A stretch of 63,383 bases of DNA, counting the filler. It is 10 parts of 10 records of this genome, joined end to end, with 100 filler letters (N's around TTAATTAATTAA, not from the genome) between each part and the next. Parts side by side here need not be neighbours in the genome. Positions count along the whole stretch, not along the records: positions 29,686 to 34,696 come from SRR31147125_245191; positions 34,797 to 40,246 come from SRR31147125_245635; positions 40,347 to 45,411 come from SRR31147125_245883; 7 more parts are not named here. One strand, given 5' to 3'. Position 1 is the first letter of the stretch; each line of letters starts with the position of its first letter. The position numbers and the translations under genes are program-made. This document shows, in pieces, positions 29,686-41,657 of the stretch. The notes below the pieces were generated by a model, which saw only the letters and a list, made by a program, of their open reading frames with translations, did no database searches and was not told where the DNA came from.

Positions 29686-31429
29686 CGAATATTTCCACAA
29701 CTGGACCGGCAACCGAGTAACCTGCCGCGACTGGTTTCAGCTGAGCCTCAAGGAGGGGTTGACCGTTTTCCGTGATCAGCAGTTCTCCTCGGACATGAAT
29801 TCGAGGCCGGTTCAGCGCATTAAAGACGTTCGCATTCTCAGACAGTATCAGTTCCGGGAGGATGAGGGACCGATGGCTCATCCGGTACGACCCGACACAT
29901 ACATCGAAATCAACAACTTCTACACCGTTACCGTGTACAACAAGGGGGCAGAAGTCGTCAGAATGATCCACACCCTGGTGGGGCCCGCCGCGTTCAGGAA
30001 AGGGATGGATCTCTACTTCGACCGTCACGATGGGCAGGCGGTTACCTGCGACGATTTCGTCACAGCTATGACCGATGCATCGGGACGTGACTTCACGCGC
30101 TTTAAACACTGGTATTCTCAGGCCGGTACGCCGACTATCGAATGCAGGGAGGAGTGGTCCGAAGATGAATCAACGCTGCACCTGGACCTCCGTCAGCATA
30201 CCCCGGAGACTCCGGGACAGCAGGAAAAACATCCGTTTCATATCCCGATACTGACCGGATTCCTGGACCATCAGGGAAACGATATCACCGATATGGCGAA
30301 ATGCGCCTACGATAAGCGGGACGGCAACATTCTTCTTGAACTCACCGATAACGAGCAACGCTTCACTTTTGCCGGGTTCGAAGAGAAACCGCTCGTGTCT
30401 CTGCTCAGGTCGTTTTCCGCGCCGGTCAAGGTGGAGCCGTTTCTTAAAGAAGAAGATCAAGCGCTGCAGGTTGGCAGCGACACGGATCTTTTCAATCGCT
30501 GGGATGCGTCGTTTTCTCTCTGCAAAGCGACGATCATCGATCTTGTTAATTCAGACGCACAGATCGAACAGACGCTCCTTGATGAAAAATTCACTGAGGC
30601 TGTGTCGTCTTTTCTCAGCGAAGACGAGGGGGACGATGCGCTTCGTGCACTGGCGCTGCAACTGCCCGATGAATCATATCTCGCACTGACCCTGGACCTG
30701 GTTGATCCAGACCGACTCCACGATGCGCGCCGCCACGTCAAAAGCGAACTTGGCAGCGCTCTGTTCCGCCGCTTCCAGCAGGCCTATATGAGTCGCTGCA
30801 ACCCGCGGGAGTATACGCTCGACCAGAAAGACATGGGCCGGAGAAGTCTGAAAAATACCTGTCTCGACTACCTGGTCGCTGTGGCTGGCCAACACCCGGA
30901 GACAATGGAGCTGGCACGTCAACAATACTATCACAGCGACAACATGACGGACCAGATGGCCGCGCTTTCATCCGTGTCCCATACATCAGGTGCATTACGC
31001 GACGAATTGTTCGCTCACTTCGAGCAACGCTGGCAGGACAATCCGCTGGTAATGGACAAATGGTTTGCGCTGCAGGCGCTCTCGTCGGCAGACGACACGC
31101 TCGAGCGTGTCGTGAAGCTCCTCGACCACCATGCATTCTCCATTACAAACCCCAACAAGGTCAGATCACTTATCGGCGCGTTTTGTCAGAATCATGCCCA
31201 GTTTCACCATCAGAGTGGCCGCGGTTACCGGTTTCTCATCAGTAAAGTTCTCGAGATAGATCGGTTGAACCCGCAGATTGCGGCACGACTTGCCAGTCCG
31301 CTTATTTCCTGGAAACGATATGAGCCGACACGGAAAAAACTTATGAAAAATGCCCTCGAGACAGTACAGAACGCAGAAAAGATCTCACGTGATCTCTACG
31401 AGATCGTCAGCAAGGGGATCGAAGGGTAG
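29686..31429 (+). CDS. pepN: aminopeptidase N (M1), 5' truncated
   Basis: EYFHNWTGNRVTCRDWFQLSLKEGLTVFRDQ, NNFYTVTVYNKGAEVVRM, NPNKVRSL, NPQIAARL. Confidence 0.96.
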
Positions 31430-31451
31430 GGCAAGGTGCGGTCCTGTATCG

Positions 31452-31727
31452 CTATCGTTTATGGCAGAACAGGCAGCGTAACGGATCCGGGTGGGTATCC
31501 GGCAGTGGCGCCTCGCCACCTTCGTCGTGGCAGCCGATGCAGTTTTTTTCCGCTTCCTTCTTGCTCGCTATATGATGAAATTCAAGATGTGTCTCGTCTT
31601 TCGGCAACGATGAGGTCGTCTCCTCCGGGGCTAGATAGAGGAAAACGAGAAGTCCTGCACACGTCAAAAGAAAAGCGAGGTTGAGCCATTTTCTTTTATG
31701 AGCCTGCCTAGGGAGTCGTTGCTGCAT
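31452..31727 (-). CDS. small membrane-anchored diheme c-type cytochrome
   Basis: N-terminal hydrophobic helix; two CxxCH motifs (CIGCH, CLFCH). Confidence 0.8.
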   Translation of the reverse strand: MQQRLPRQAHKRKWLNLAFLLTCAGLLVFLYLAPEETTSSLPKDETHLEFHHIASKKEAEKNCIGCHDEGGEAPLPDTHPDPLRCLFCHKR

Positions 31728-31739
31728 ATCACGCGGCGT

Positions 31740-32774
31740 TTATGCCATCTCGAAGTGTTTGAAATTGATCAGCCTGAGGCGGAGGAGCGTGGCGCTCATT
31801 TCTGCGAGAACCGTCGATATGATCCGTGATTTCGAGGCTGCATTCAACATGTTTCTATGGTTCCGGTGGCGTTTGATAATCGTCTCCAGTTGCGGAGCCT
31901 GATAGTTCGTGTCAATGATGGTCCGGGCGACGCATTCACCCGATACGAAAGCGGGGTTGATGCCTTCGCCGGTGAGCGGAGAAGCAAGGCCCGCTGCGTC
32001 GCCGACGAGGAATACCGAGCCGAACCGCCACCCGCAATAATCCCAGTTTACGAGATCGGCTTCAATTCCGGTACTGCCGGGATCGATCCCGAGGCCGGCA
32101 ATCCAGTTGTCGAGTCCGTTTTTCAAACGCTTCGCTGAAAGCATCGGGATACCGATATAGGCGCCTATCGAAACATGGTCACCGTGCGGAAAGATCCATG
32201 AGTACCCGCTTCCGAAGCGGGACGAGTCGAAGTTCCACACCATATCCGCAACGCCGCACCCTTCAACCCGGTAGTTGATGCCGATCCCCTTTGCCGAGGC
32301 ACGTGTCGGCACCCCCAGAAACCGTCTTACCCGGGAACCGGAACCATCCGCCCCGACAAGATAATCGAAACGAACATGACGTCGCCCCCTGCTGGTCCGG
32401 TAGGAGAGCTGCCTGTCCTCAATCCTGTCCACACATCCATCCGTGACAACCTCTGCTCCCGACTGTTCTGCCGTCTCCCTCATGTGAGCCCCGAGAACCG
32501 TGCGACTGATCGTCGCTACCATCGGGGACGCCTCCTCAACCTGCGTCCGCTGGTATCTGGTCGTAATGATCTGCCGTGTAAACGTGCGCTCGATAAGCCC
32601 CTCGGGGATAGTCCTGATCAACCCCCGCAAGGTGATCCCGCCGGCGCATACCTTGCGGCCTATCTGTTTTCGGCGTTCGACAACTAGAGTCTTAACCCCT
32701 GATTCAGCAAGAACTCGTGCGCAATTGAGCCCCCCGGGGCCTGCGCCGACAATGACGGCATCATAAGTGTTCAC
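31740..32774 (-). CDS. geranylgeranyl reductase-family flavoprotein
   Basis: YDAVIVGAGPGG, KVCAGG, VGADG, GYSWIFP, LVGDAAGLASPLTGEGI. Start taken as GTG 32774 (uncertain). Confidence 0.88.
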   Translation of the reverse strand: MNTYDAVIVGAGPGGLNCARVLAESGVKTLVVERRKQIGRKVCAGGITLRGLIRTIPEGLIERTFTRQIITTRYQRTQVEEASPMVATISRTVLGAHMRETAEQSGAEVVTDGCVDRIEDRQLSYRTSRGRRHVRFDYLVGADGSGSRVRRFLGVPTRASAKGIGINYRVEGCGVADMVWNFDSSRFGSGYSWIFPHGDHVSIGAYIGIPMLSAKRLKNGLDNWIAGLGIDPGSTGIEADLVNWDYCGWRFGSVFLVGDAAGLASPLTGEGINPAFVSGECVARTIIDTNYQAPQLETIIKRHRNHRNMLNAASKSRIISTVLAEMSATLLRLRLINFKHFEMA

Positions 32775-32811
32775 CGGGCTCGTATCTCTCCTGTCCTGGC
32801 CGCTTCCCAAT

Positions 32812-32852
32812 AAAAAACCTGATTATCCACTCGCCCGGCGGATAATCAGGTT
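32812..32852 (-). terminator. intrinsic terminator of sdhAB
   Basis: AACCTGATTATCC / GGATAATCAGGTT 13-bp stem with a U-run on the minus strand. Confidence 0.8.
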
Positions 32853-32874
32853 CGATCAAAAAAACGTTAGTAAA

Positions 32875-33627
32875 TTATTCGCCGAACATGCTCTTGAGGT
32901 ACTCGCGGTTCATGCGGGCGATGTTCCGGATCGATATCCCTTTCGGGCAGACGGCCTCACATTCGCGCTCGTTAGAACAATATCCGAATCCCTCTTTGTC
33001 CATCTGCGCGACCATGGACTTCGCCCGCTCCTTACGCTCGGGGTGTCCCTGGGGAAGCAGGCTCAACTGCGATATTTTCGCTCCGGTGAACAGCATCGCC
33101 GCTCCGTTCGGACAGCTTGCCACACATGCACCGCAGCCGATACAGGCGGCAGCATCCATCGCCAGTTCAGCGGTGGGGGTGCCGATCGGGATGTCGTTGC
33201 CGTCTATGGCCCCGCCGGTATTGACTGACACGTAGCCGCCGGCCTGGATGATGCGGTCCAGCGCCGAGCGGTCTACCATCAGATCTTTCTTGATGGGAAA
33301 TGCGATCGATCGAAACGGTTCGATGACAATGGTGTCACCACTATTGAACTTGCGCATATGGAGCTGGCACAGGGTCGTCTCCCGGTCCGGTCCATGGGCA
33401 ACACCGTCAACGACGGCTCCGCACATGCCGCAGATTCCCTCACGGCAGTCGTGATCGAATGCGACAGGCTCCTTGCCTTTGTGCGTCAGTTGTTCGTTGA
33501 GGACATCGATCATTTCAAGAAACGACATGTCGGTGGAAATATCCTTGATGACATACGTCTCGAAATCCCCGAGAGAATCACCGTTTTTCTGCCGCCAGAT
33601 CTTCAGTGTCAGGTCTATGGTACGCAT
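32875..33627 (-). CDS. sdhB: succinate dehydrogenase/fumarate reductase Fe-S subunit
   Basis: [40 protein letters not shown]. Confidence 0.95.
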   Translation of the reverse strand: MRTIDLTLKIWRQKNGDSLGDFETYVIKDISTDMSFLEMIDVLNEQLTHKGKEPVAFDHDCREGICGMCGAVVDGVAHGPDRETTLCQLHMRKFNSGDTIVIEPFRSIAFPIKKDLMVDRSALDRIIQAGGYVSVNTGGAIDGNDIPIGTPTAELAMDAAACIGCGACVASCPNGAAMLFTGAKISQLSLLPQGHPERKERAKSMVAQMDKEGFGYCSNERECEAVCPKGISIRNIARMNREYLKSMFGE

Positions 33628-33653
33628 ATGCTGTGCTCGCTGAGATAATCGTT

Positions 33654-34696
33654 TTATTTATAACTTCGCTGCGACGGGGTCACGTTGTCAAAGGCAAGCG
33701 GCTCTTCGTGCATCTTCGGAGCTTTATCCTCTCCCTTGAACTCCCACACGCTGACATGTGAGTACTCATCGTCCTTGCGCAGGGCCTCGTTCTCTTCAGT
33801 CTGACTTTCTTCACGGAGATGGCAGCCGCAGGATTCCTCCCGTTCAAGGGCGTCCCTGATCATGAATTCAGCAAACTCGAGGAAGTCGGCGACCCTCCCG
33901 GCCCGCTCGAGAGACTGGTTGATATCCTCGGCTGCGCCGGGGACGTAGACCGAATTCCAGAATTTCTCCCTGATGGTAGGTAGCTCTTCAAGGGACTTTT
34001 TCAGGTCGTCTCTGTTGCGGGACATACCGCAGTTATCCCAGAGCAACCTACCGAGTTCCTTGTGTATCTCATCCACCGTGACTTTCCCCTCGGGGCCGCC
34101 CGAGCTGTTTTTCAACAGTCTGGCAATACGCTCATCGACTTCTCCAGCCACCTCGGAGAACGCCTCGTGGTCCGTGCCAACCGCATCGAATCCCTGCGAA
34201 CCGAAATAGTGACCGATCGAGGTGGAGATCACAAAATAGCCGTCGGCGAGTCCCTGCATCAGTGCGCTGGCACCGAGACGGTTGGCACCGTGATCGGAGA
34301 AATTACACTCCCCGAGCGCAAACAGGCCGGGGATAGTGGTCATCAGATCATAGTCGACCCACAGTCCGCCCATGGTGTAATGCACCGCCGGGTAGATCAT
34401 CATCGGCTCTTCCATCGGATTGGCGTCGGTGATCTTCTCGTACATCTGGAACAGGTTGCCGTATTTCCTGAGAATGACGTCTTCGCCATCGCGCTTGATC
34501 GCGTCGCTGAAATCGAGGTAGACGGCAAGCCCGGTCGAGCCGACCCCCTTGCCAAGGTCGCATTGTTCCTTTGCATTTCGTGATGCCACATCCCGCGGAA
34601 CCAGGTTGCCGAAACTGGGGTATTTGCTCTCCAGGTAATATTCACGCTCGTCTTCGGGAATCTGGGCAGGCGAGCGTTTATCATCCCTGTTTTTGG
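33654..34696 (-). CDS. sdhA: succinate dehydrogenase/fumarate reductase flavoprotein, 5' truncated
   Basis: [52 protein letters not shown] terminus. Confidence 0.95.
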
Positions 34697-34796
34697 NNNN
34701 NNNNNNNNNNNNNNNNNNNNNNNNNNNNNNNNNNNNNNNNTTAATTAATTAANNNNNNNNNNNNNNNNNNNNNNNNNNNNNNNNNNNNNNNNNNNN

Positions 34797-35493
34797 GGCA
34801 TTTGTGGGTGCTGTCGTTGGTGGTACGCTCTGGCAGTTGGCTCAGGTCGCCTATGTCCATTTTCAGGTCGGTGTCGGACGCTATAACGCAATTTACGGTA
34901 CCATGGCCGCACTGCCGATCTTTATGGTCTGGCTGTATGTCTCGTGGGTGATTGTTCTGTTCGGCCTTGGCGTTTGTTACGCTCGTCAGAACCTGAGAAC
35001 CAGTGGTCGTGATCTGCGTGGGTCCGAGGTCAGTGACAGCAGCTTTGAACAGGTCTCGCTGACAATTCTGACAACTTTGTCTGATCGCTTTATGCGTGGG
35101 GAGGCCGCTCTCAGTCATGAGCAGCTGGCTCAGTTGCTACATATTCCACCCCGACTCTGCAGGGATATTGTCGCTGTGCTTTTGAGCGTCGGCTTTGTTG
35201 CTGAACAGTGCTCACGCCATGGGCGCAGTTATTATCAACTCGGGCGTTCCGCGGAGGATCTGACTCTGGCCGAAATATTTTCGACACTTCGGAGTTATGG
35301 GAAGGAAGCGCTCTATCTGCATCCTCATCCGCAGACAATGGCGGCCCTAGGGGCGTGCGAGAAGGCAGAGACAATTGTCACCGAAGGTCTTGGCGGTGAA
35401 ACGTTGAAAGACCTGGTCCTTCTCGGACGGGATGGAATCGCGACCGACGCAACGGACGGCAGCACCATTGTGGCTTCGATTGGTCAGGCCTGA
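34797..35493 (+). CDS. YihY/BrkB-family membrane protein with C-terminal winged helix, 5' truncated
   Basis: YNAIYGTMAALPIFMVWLYVSWVIVLFG plus an Rrf2-like wHTH tail. Confidence 0.87.
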
Positions 35494-36191
35494 TAGCTCT
35501 TCAGGCTGAGTTTGCCGTCTACCATCTCAGCGTATGAGAACTGGGCGATCCAGTCTCCCAGTGCAATCAGGCGGGTGTTGCCTTCGTCGGTATCGACCGG
35601 AAAGTGATAATGCCCGCAAAGGATGATATCGACCTTTTCAGACGCCATTTCCTGAGCAAACCTCTTCAGGTACACGGTCGGGTCCCGATGTGAACGGTCG
35701 GGCTTATTTTTTGCGCTTTTGTTACAGAGCCAGATAGCAAAATCCCAGACCAGATCCGGATGAAGAATGCGCGAAAGGGTTTTTGCGAATCGACTGCGCC
35801 AGAACGAGCGGAGCCTCTGGTACCACGGATCGGGATATAATAGATCTCCATGGCAGATCAGCAGGCGCGAGCCATCCCATTCGACGGTTTTCTGGTCCGG
35901 AACAACAGTGCAGTTCAAATGGTTCGTAAAAAATGGACCCAGGTTGAAGTCGTGGTTGCCCTCAACGAAATAAAGCTGTGTCCCCTGATCGGAGAGTTGT
36001 CTGAGTTTTTCCAGTAGAGGAAGGTACGCACTGAAGGCGACGTTCCTGTAGCCGATCCAGAATTCAAAGATATCACCAAGAAGAAAAAGCGCGTCCAGAT
36101 CTTTTTGCTGGTTGAGAAAGTCAAGCAGAAGCTGGTAGTTTCTATCTTGTGGATAACGCAAGTGAGCGTCTGAAATAAAAAGTGCTTTCAT
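35484..36191 (-). CDS. lpxH: UDP-2,3-diacylglucosamine hydrolase-like metallophosphoesterase
   Basis: FISDAHL, LGDIFEFW, GNHDF, CHGD, CGHYH, LGDW; start MKALF at 36191. Confidence 0.88.
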   Translation of the reverse strand: MKALFISDAHLRYPQDRNYQLLLDFLNQQKDLDALFLLGDIFEFWIGYRNVAFSAYLPLLEKLRQLSDQGTQLYFVEGNHDFNLGPFFTNHLNCTVVPDQKTVEWDGSRLLICHGDLLYPDPWYQRLRSFWRSRFAKTLSRILHPDLVWDFAIWLCNKSAKNKPDRSHRDPTVYLKRFAQEMASEKVDIILCGHYHFPVDTDEGNTRLIALGDWIAQFSYAEMVDGKLSLKSYQA

Positions 36192-36198
36192 GCTGGCG

Positions 36199-36227
36199 AC
36201 TATAAAGAGCCGTTGTGCCGTTGTCAA
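36199..36227 (-). promoter_or_regulatory. sigma70 promoter of lpxH
   Basis: TTGACA-17 nt-TATAGT on the minus strand, 7 nt before ATG. Confidence 0.75.
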
Positions 36228-36281
36228 TTGCTGCTGAACAGAGCTAGGTGACACGGTGCCGATAAAAAAGGAGAAGCATTG

Positions 36282-36665
36282 ATGAATTATCCAATGATAC
36301 ATATTTGTTACCGGGTTATGGATCTGACTGCATCAGAGGCGTTTTATCGTGACGCGTTGGGGTTTGAAGTGTCCCGCAAAAAGGACTATCCGGATGGGCG
36401 TTTTACCTTGAGCTACATGACCTCGGCCGACCTGCCGTTCGAGCTGGAGCTGACCTACAATTACGATCAGGCTGAGCCTTACGTGATCGGCAATGGCTAT
36501 TCGCATCTGGCTGTTGGTGTTGCTGATCTTGAGGGGTCTCACCGCAGACACCTGGAGATGGGCCTTGAGCCGACACCGCTGAAAGGGCTGACCGCAGGGA
36601 AACCACGATTTTACTTTCTGACCGATCCGGACGGGTACCGGGTTGAAGTCGTTCGCCGGGACTAA
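36282..36665 (+). CDS. gloA: lactoylglutathione lyase / VOC-family protein
   Basis: HICYRVMDL...FYRDALG, ELELTYN, GNGYSHLAVGV, FLTDPDGYRVEV. Confidence 0.85.
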   Translation: MNYPMIHICYRVMDLTASEAFYRDALGFEVSRKKDYPDGRFTLSYMTSADLPFELELTYNYDQAEPYVIGNGYSHLAVGVADLEGSHRRHLEMGLEPTPLKGLTAGKPRFYFLTDPDGYRVEVVRRD

Positions 36666-36690
36666 CCGCTGACAGGGATTGGGATTACAT

Positions 36691-37460
36691 ATGTCATTTG
36701 ATGATTTGTTGGAAAGGGGGCGGAAGCCCTTGAAGATGGGGATGCTAAAAAAGCGATCGAATTGTGTCGACAGGCTTTGGTGGTTAAAGAGGATCCGGAA
36801 GCCAGTCTGCTGATGGCAGAAGCTCAGATCGAGACGGGAGCCCTTCGGGCGGCAGAGAAGACGCTTCAGGCCGGTTTGAAGGAAAGAGCTGATGATATTG
36901 ACCTGCTGATGGCCCTTGGTGATCTCTATCTGGAAGAGGGGCAGGGTGAGCGCGCCCTTGAGCAGTATCAGAATGTGCTCGCCATTGACCCTGATGAGAT
37001 CGATGCTCTGCTCAGCAAGGCGATGATCTATCTTAACGATGAGAACTACGATGCCGCCGAACAGTGTTGTCGTGAGGCTCTGGCGAAGGAGGAGTCCTCC
37101 ACGTTCGCCCTGATTGCTCTTGGTGAAGTCCATCTGGGGCGTCAGCAGCAGGATGAGGCGTTTGCCTGTTTTGAAAAAGCGGCCGCTCTGGAGCCGGATG
37201 ACCCCCAGCCATGTTTGAATCTGGCGGATCTCTGCTACGACACTGGACGTCTGGAAGAGGCAGAAGAGTGGTGTTTGAAAGGTCTGAAGCTCGACGTAAC
37301 GGCACCCTCCGGCTATCTGACGCTGGGGAATATCTATCTGGATCAGGAAAACACACAGGCTGCTGTGGAGAGTTATGAGCAGTTTCTGCGGCTGGAGACA
37401 AGTCCTTCAGCGAAGCAGATTCGCGAGGAAGTCTCAGCCGTCATTGAAGGATTGCGGTAA
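36691..37460 (+). CDS. TPR-repeat protein; apparent frameshift in G5 36716-36720
   Basis: Several TPR motifs; adding one G joins MSFDDLLERG to AEALEDGDAKKAIELCRQAL. Confidence 0.8.
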
Positions 37461-37504
37461 GTTCAGGCATTAATAGATAACCAGAATCATCGTTCCGGGG
37501 CGCT

Positions 37505-39459
37505 ATGGGAATTGCAGCAGATATCGTCATCATTGTTGTCGCAGCTCTGGCTGGTGGGCTGATCGCACAGAGGTTCCGACAGCCACTTGTGCTCGGCTAT
37601 ATTCTTGCGGGTGTGGTCATTGGACCGTTTACCGGCGGAATTACTGTTTCTGATGCACACGAGGTTGAAAAACTGGCGGAAATTGGGGTTGCGCTGCTGC
37701 TCTTCGCCCTCGGCCTGGAATTCTCCCTGAAAGAGCTGAAACCGGTCAAGTCAGTAGCTCTGATTGGTGGACCGATCCAAATCCTGTCGACGATCGGCTA
37801 CGGTTATCTGGTCGGGCTCTGGCTCGGTTGGGACAGCGGACCGTCTCTCTGGCTGGGTGGTCTTGCCTCCCTGTCGAGTACCATGGTGATCCTGAAGACC
37901 CTGATGGCTCAGGGAATGATGGGGACCCTGTCAAGTCGGGTGATGATCGGTATCCTGATTGTTCAGGACCTTGCTGTTGTTCCCTTGCTGATTATGCTTC
38001 CGCAGCTGACAAACCCTTCCTCCGGGCTGCCGCTTCTGGCAATCTCTCTGGTCAAATCGATCGTTTTCCTGACCGTTATGCTCCTGCTCGGAACACGTCT
38101 CCTTCCACGCCTGCTTGCTTTGATTGCACGTGGCAACTCGCGTGAACTGTTCCTCCTGACCATTACTGCGATCGGGCTGGGGATCGGCTATGTGACCTAT
38201 CTGGCAGGGCTCTCTTTTGCCTTTGGCGCTTTTATCGCCGGGATGGTCCTGAGTGAGTCCGATTTTGGACATCAGGCGCTCAGCGATATTATCCCGCTGC
38301 GTGATCTGTTCGGATTGCTGTTTTTTACCTCGGTCGGGATGCTACTCGATCCCGCGTTTTTAATAGCGAACTGGTGGGGTGTTCTTCAGATTGTCGCTCT
38401 GATCGGGTTCGGTAAAGGGTTGATTATGGCCGGGATTGTGCGGAGTTTCGGCTATGGCAATGTTATCCCGCTTGCGGTCGCCCTGGGGATGTTTCAAATC
38501 GGTGAGTTCTCTTTCGTGCTTGGCCAGGTTGGTTATGGCGGTGGCTTTCTTGATAAAGAACAGCATTCCTTTATTTTGTCGGCGACGATCATCAGTATGC
38601 TGTTAACTCCACTTGTATCAGGGCGGACCGGGGCTTTGTATGGGGTTAAAAGAAAAATTCGTAGAAAGGATCCTCTGGAAACGGTCAATCTTCCACAAAT
38701 GGGGTTGCATAATCATGTTGTTATCGCTGGAGGAGGGCAGGTTGGGCAGCACGTCGCATCAATTCTGACCCAGTTGGGAGTTCCCTTTGTCATTATTGAA
38801 TTGGCTCATCGCGCCGTCGAGGAATGTAAGGTCAAAGGGTATCCGATGATCTACGGGGATGCCAGTCAACAGACGGTGCTGGAAGCTGCAAATCTGGCTG
38901 AGGCCAGGCAACTTCTAATTACGATACCTCACATCACGTCGACTGAGACGATTGTTCGTTTTGTACACAGTCATCAACCTGAACTGCAGATTGTTGTTCG
39001 CTCTGTTGGTAGCGAGCAGATGGACGCCCTCTATGAAGATGGTGTGTACATGGTCATTCTACCGGAGCTGGAAGCCGGCCTTGAAATTGCCCGTCAGGCA
39101 CTGTTGAATTTGAACTTCCCGGTGACAGAATTCAGCGTTTTACTGATGCAGCGCGGCGGAACCATTATCACAAGGAATATGAAGATCAGCAGGCGATGAA
39201 AAATATCCGCCAGCTCAAGAATGCCCGGGATGTCCTCGATTTAAGCTGGGAGGAGTTGGGCGAAGAAAGTTTGCTGGTCGGACAGAGCTTGCGGCAGCTC
39301 GACATCCGGCAACTGACCGGAGCCTCTGTTGTTGGTGTCTTAAGGAAAGGGCGGTTTATTTCCAATCCGTCTGCCGATCTGATCTTTCAGGTTGGTGATA
39401 TGGTGGCTCTGATCGGATGCTATGATGGAGCCTGCATAATGAAACAGGAGTCGAGCTGA
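37505..39459 (+). CDS. CPA2 (KefB/KefC-like) cation:proton antiporter with TrkA-N and TrkA-C domains; apparent frameshift near 39130
   Basis: [39 protein letters not shown]; adding one A gives [14 protein letters not shown]... continuing into the RCK-C ORF 39196-39459. Confidence 0.88.
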
Positions 39460-39465
39460 AAATGA

Positions 39466-39493
39466 AAAAGGCCACCCGAATGGGCGGCCTTTT
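39466..39493. terminator. bidirectional terminator
   Basis: AAAAGGCCACCC-GAAT-GGGCGGCCTTTT between convergent genes. Confidence 0.8.
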
Positions 39494-39516
39494 GTCTGGT
39501 CTGTCGTCTGAGTCGA

Positions 39517-39801
39517 TTACTTACCGGCAGCAGCACGTTTTGCAGCTTTAAGCGGGTTAACTCTGACGTCGTTGGACTTGATGTCAACCTTCTTGTGCGT
39601 TGCAAAGTTGCACAGGCCGCTTTTCCACTTTGCAGCCGGCTCCGGAAAAGAGGTACAGACGTCACCAATACTTCCCTTGGTAATCCGGTCACAACCCTGA
39701 CACTCTTCTACGACAACTTTACAGGTGCCACCTTCGGCTGAACATCCGGACTTTTTCCAGAAACCGCACTCAGTACCTGGGAGAACTGTTTGACACTGCA
39801 T
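39517..39801 (-). CDS. PxxKW-family cysteine-rich protein
   Basis: MQCQT...CGFW...C..CDR...PEPAAKW..GLCNFATH...NPLKAAKR; AGGAGG SD. Confidence 0.85.
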   Translation of the reverse strand: MQCQTVLPGTECGFWKKSGCSAEGGTCKVVVEECQGCDRITKGSIGDVCTSFPEPAAKWKSGLCNFATHKKVDIKSNDVRVNPLKAAKRAAAGK

Positions 39802-39886
39802 ATAAATATTCCTCCTAGCTTTTTAGCTTTTGCTTTGATTCGCGTTCAGAACGCCTACGTATAGCGAATTTGCAAGTCAATGCTTT

Positions 39887-40246
39887 TTATCGGGTGGCGA
39901 AGAGAGTTTTATTTGATTGCAGAATGACGATTGCAATCAGGATCAGCGCAGCAATCGAGTACAGAGGAAGCGTGAAACTGCCACTGATATCAAAATAAAA
40001 TCCTGCGAAAAGAGGGGCCACCGCACCCGGAATGTTGGAAGAGAACAGCCAGCCGTAGATTGACCCGACCTTGTCGGCACCCCAGAGGCGTGCAACCGAT
40101 CCGGCGTAAATCACCAGAACACCCCCATAATTGAAACCGGTGAGTATCGCAAAAACCTGTAGTCCTGATGCTGAGGTCAAGATCCAGGGGGACAGGAACA
40201 GCATGATGGCCTGGGAAATCAGGTTCAACTGGATTACCAGCCGCTC
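39887..40246 (-). CDS. MFS transporter (oxalate/formate antiporter-like), C-terminal fragment
   Basis: GFNYGG...WGADKVGSIYGWLF...APLFAGFYFDISGSF. Confidence 0.78.
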   Translation of the reverse strand, partial: ERLVIQLNLISQAIMLFLSPWILTSASGLQVFAILTGFNYGGVLVIYAGSVARLWGADKVGSIYGWLFSSNIPGAVAPLFAGFYFDISGSFTLPLYSIAALILIAIVILQSNKTLFATR

Positions 40247-40346
40247 NNNNNNNNNNNNNNNNNNNNNNNNNNNNNNNNNNNNNNNNNNNNTTAATTAATT
40301 AANNNNNNNNNNNNNNNNNNNNNNNNNNNNNNNNNNNNNNNNNNNN

Positions 40347-41574
40347 AAAAGTCTTGGACACGCTGCGCAGGCGCACCAAATCCGCCGGACAGTTCATACG
40401 CCGCCCGCTCAAACCGCCGAGCAAACGCAACACCGCCAAGCACGCCTGCGTCAAAGTCGTCGGGCGATACGCTAACGACGAGAGCGCTGTTCGAGTTATC
40501 GCCGTCTCTTTTATAATAGCTCATGCCATTCACAGCAACCCCGCCCGGCTCTGTAGCAGAGCAGATGACCTCTCCGCCCGGGCACATGCAAAACGTGTAC
40601 ACACCGCGTTTCCCGTGCTTGCCCGACAGCCGATATTCGGCCGCGCCAAGCCTTGGGTGCCCTGCGTGCTCGCCGTACTGAACCGTGTCGATCATCGTCC
40701 GCGGATGCTCTATCCTCAGACCGATCGCAAACGGCTTTGGCGCCATCGCAAGCCCACTATCCGCCAACATCTCATATGTGTCTCTAGCGCTGTGCCCAAT
40801 GGCCAATATGGCAGCGCGTGTGTCGACGCGGTGCACCGCCCCGCACGCGCTATACTCAAGTCCTGCAAGCGCATCATCCGCTATGATAAGTTTTTCTACC
40901 TTGCTGCCAAAGCATACCGTTCCGCCCAATGCACGTATCTGCGCGATCATCCCAGACACCGCTGCACGCACGTTTTCTGTGCCCATGTGCGGCTTTGCCA
41001 TATATCGTATCTCATCCGGCGCACCGCACTGCGCCAGCACGTCCAGCACATGCTCTGCGCGCATATCTTTGATGCGTGTCGTCAGCTTTCCGTCGCTGAA
41101 CGCACCCGCACCGCCAGCGCCAAAGCACACGTTGCTCTGCTCGTTCAGTTTGCCGCTTTCCGAAAGCGCTGCCACATCCGCCTCGCGCGCAACCATGTCG
41201 TATCCGCGCTCTAGCAGTATCGGTCGATAGCCGTGCTTAGCCAGCGCCAGCGCCGCAAACAGCCCGCACGGGCCAGACCCAACAACGACAGGCGACGGCG
41301 CTCCAGTCTTGCCATATTCTATGACCGGCTCGCGGTATACGTCCGCCGCCGCAAATTTCTTCTCAAGAAGCCGCTGCTTGTCCGCATCGACAAGCGTCAC
41401 ATGCAATGTGTGCACAAACCGTATTTGCGCCTTGCGCGAATCTACAGCTTGTCTTTTCACCCTTATATGATGAATCTCAGACGGCCGTACGCCAAGCTTG
41501 TCCGCCGCCGCCGTTTCTATATCCGCGTCCGTTGACGAAAGCGGCGTATTGATGCCGCACAGTACGATAGCCAT
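40347..41574 (-). CDS. uncharacterised FAD-dependent dehydrogenase, 3' truncated
   Basis: VVGSGPCGLFAAL, GGAGAFSDGKLTT, KPHMGT, AIGHSARDT, VYTFCMCPGG. Confidence 0.88.
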
Positions 41575-41602
41575 AAGCCGTCTCCTCTCGTGTCATGCCG
41601 CT

Positions 41603-41634
41603 AAAAAAGGGGGCGGGATATTCCGCACCCTTTT
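41603..41634 (-). terminator. terminator after cdaR
   Basis: Minus strand GGGTGCGG-AATATC-CCGCCCCC followed by TTTTTT. Confidence 0.72.
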
Positions 41635-41657
41635 CTCGTTTTATCTTGTAACACATC

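Noticed and set aside
39196-39459. Separate TrkA-C gene
   Set aside because: Better explained as the frameshifted C-terminus of the CPA2 antiporter.
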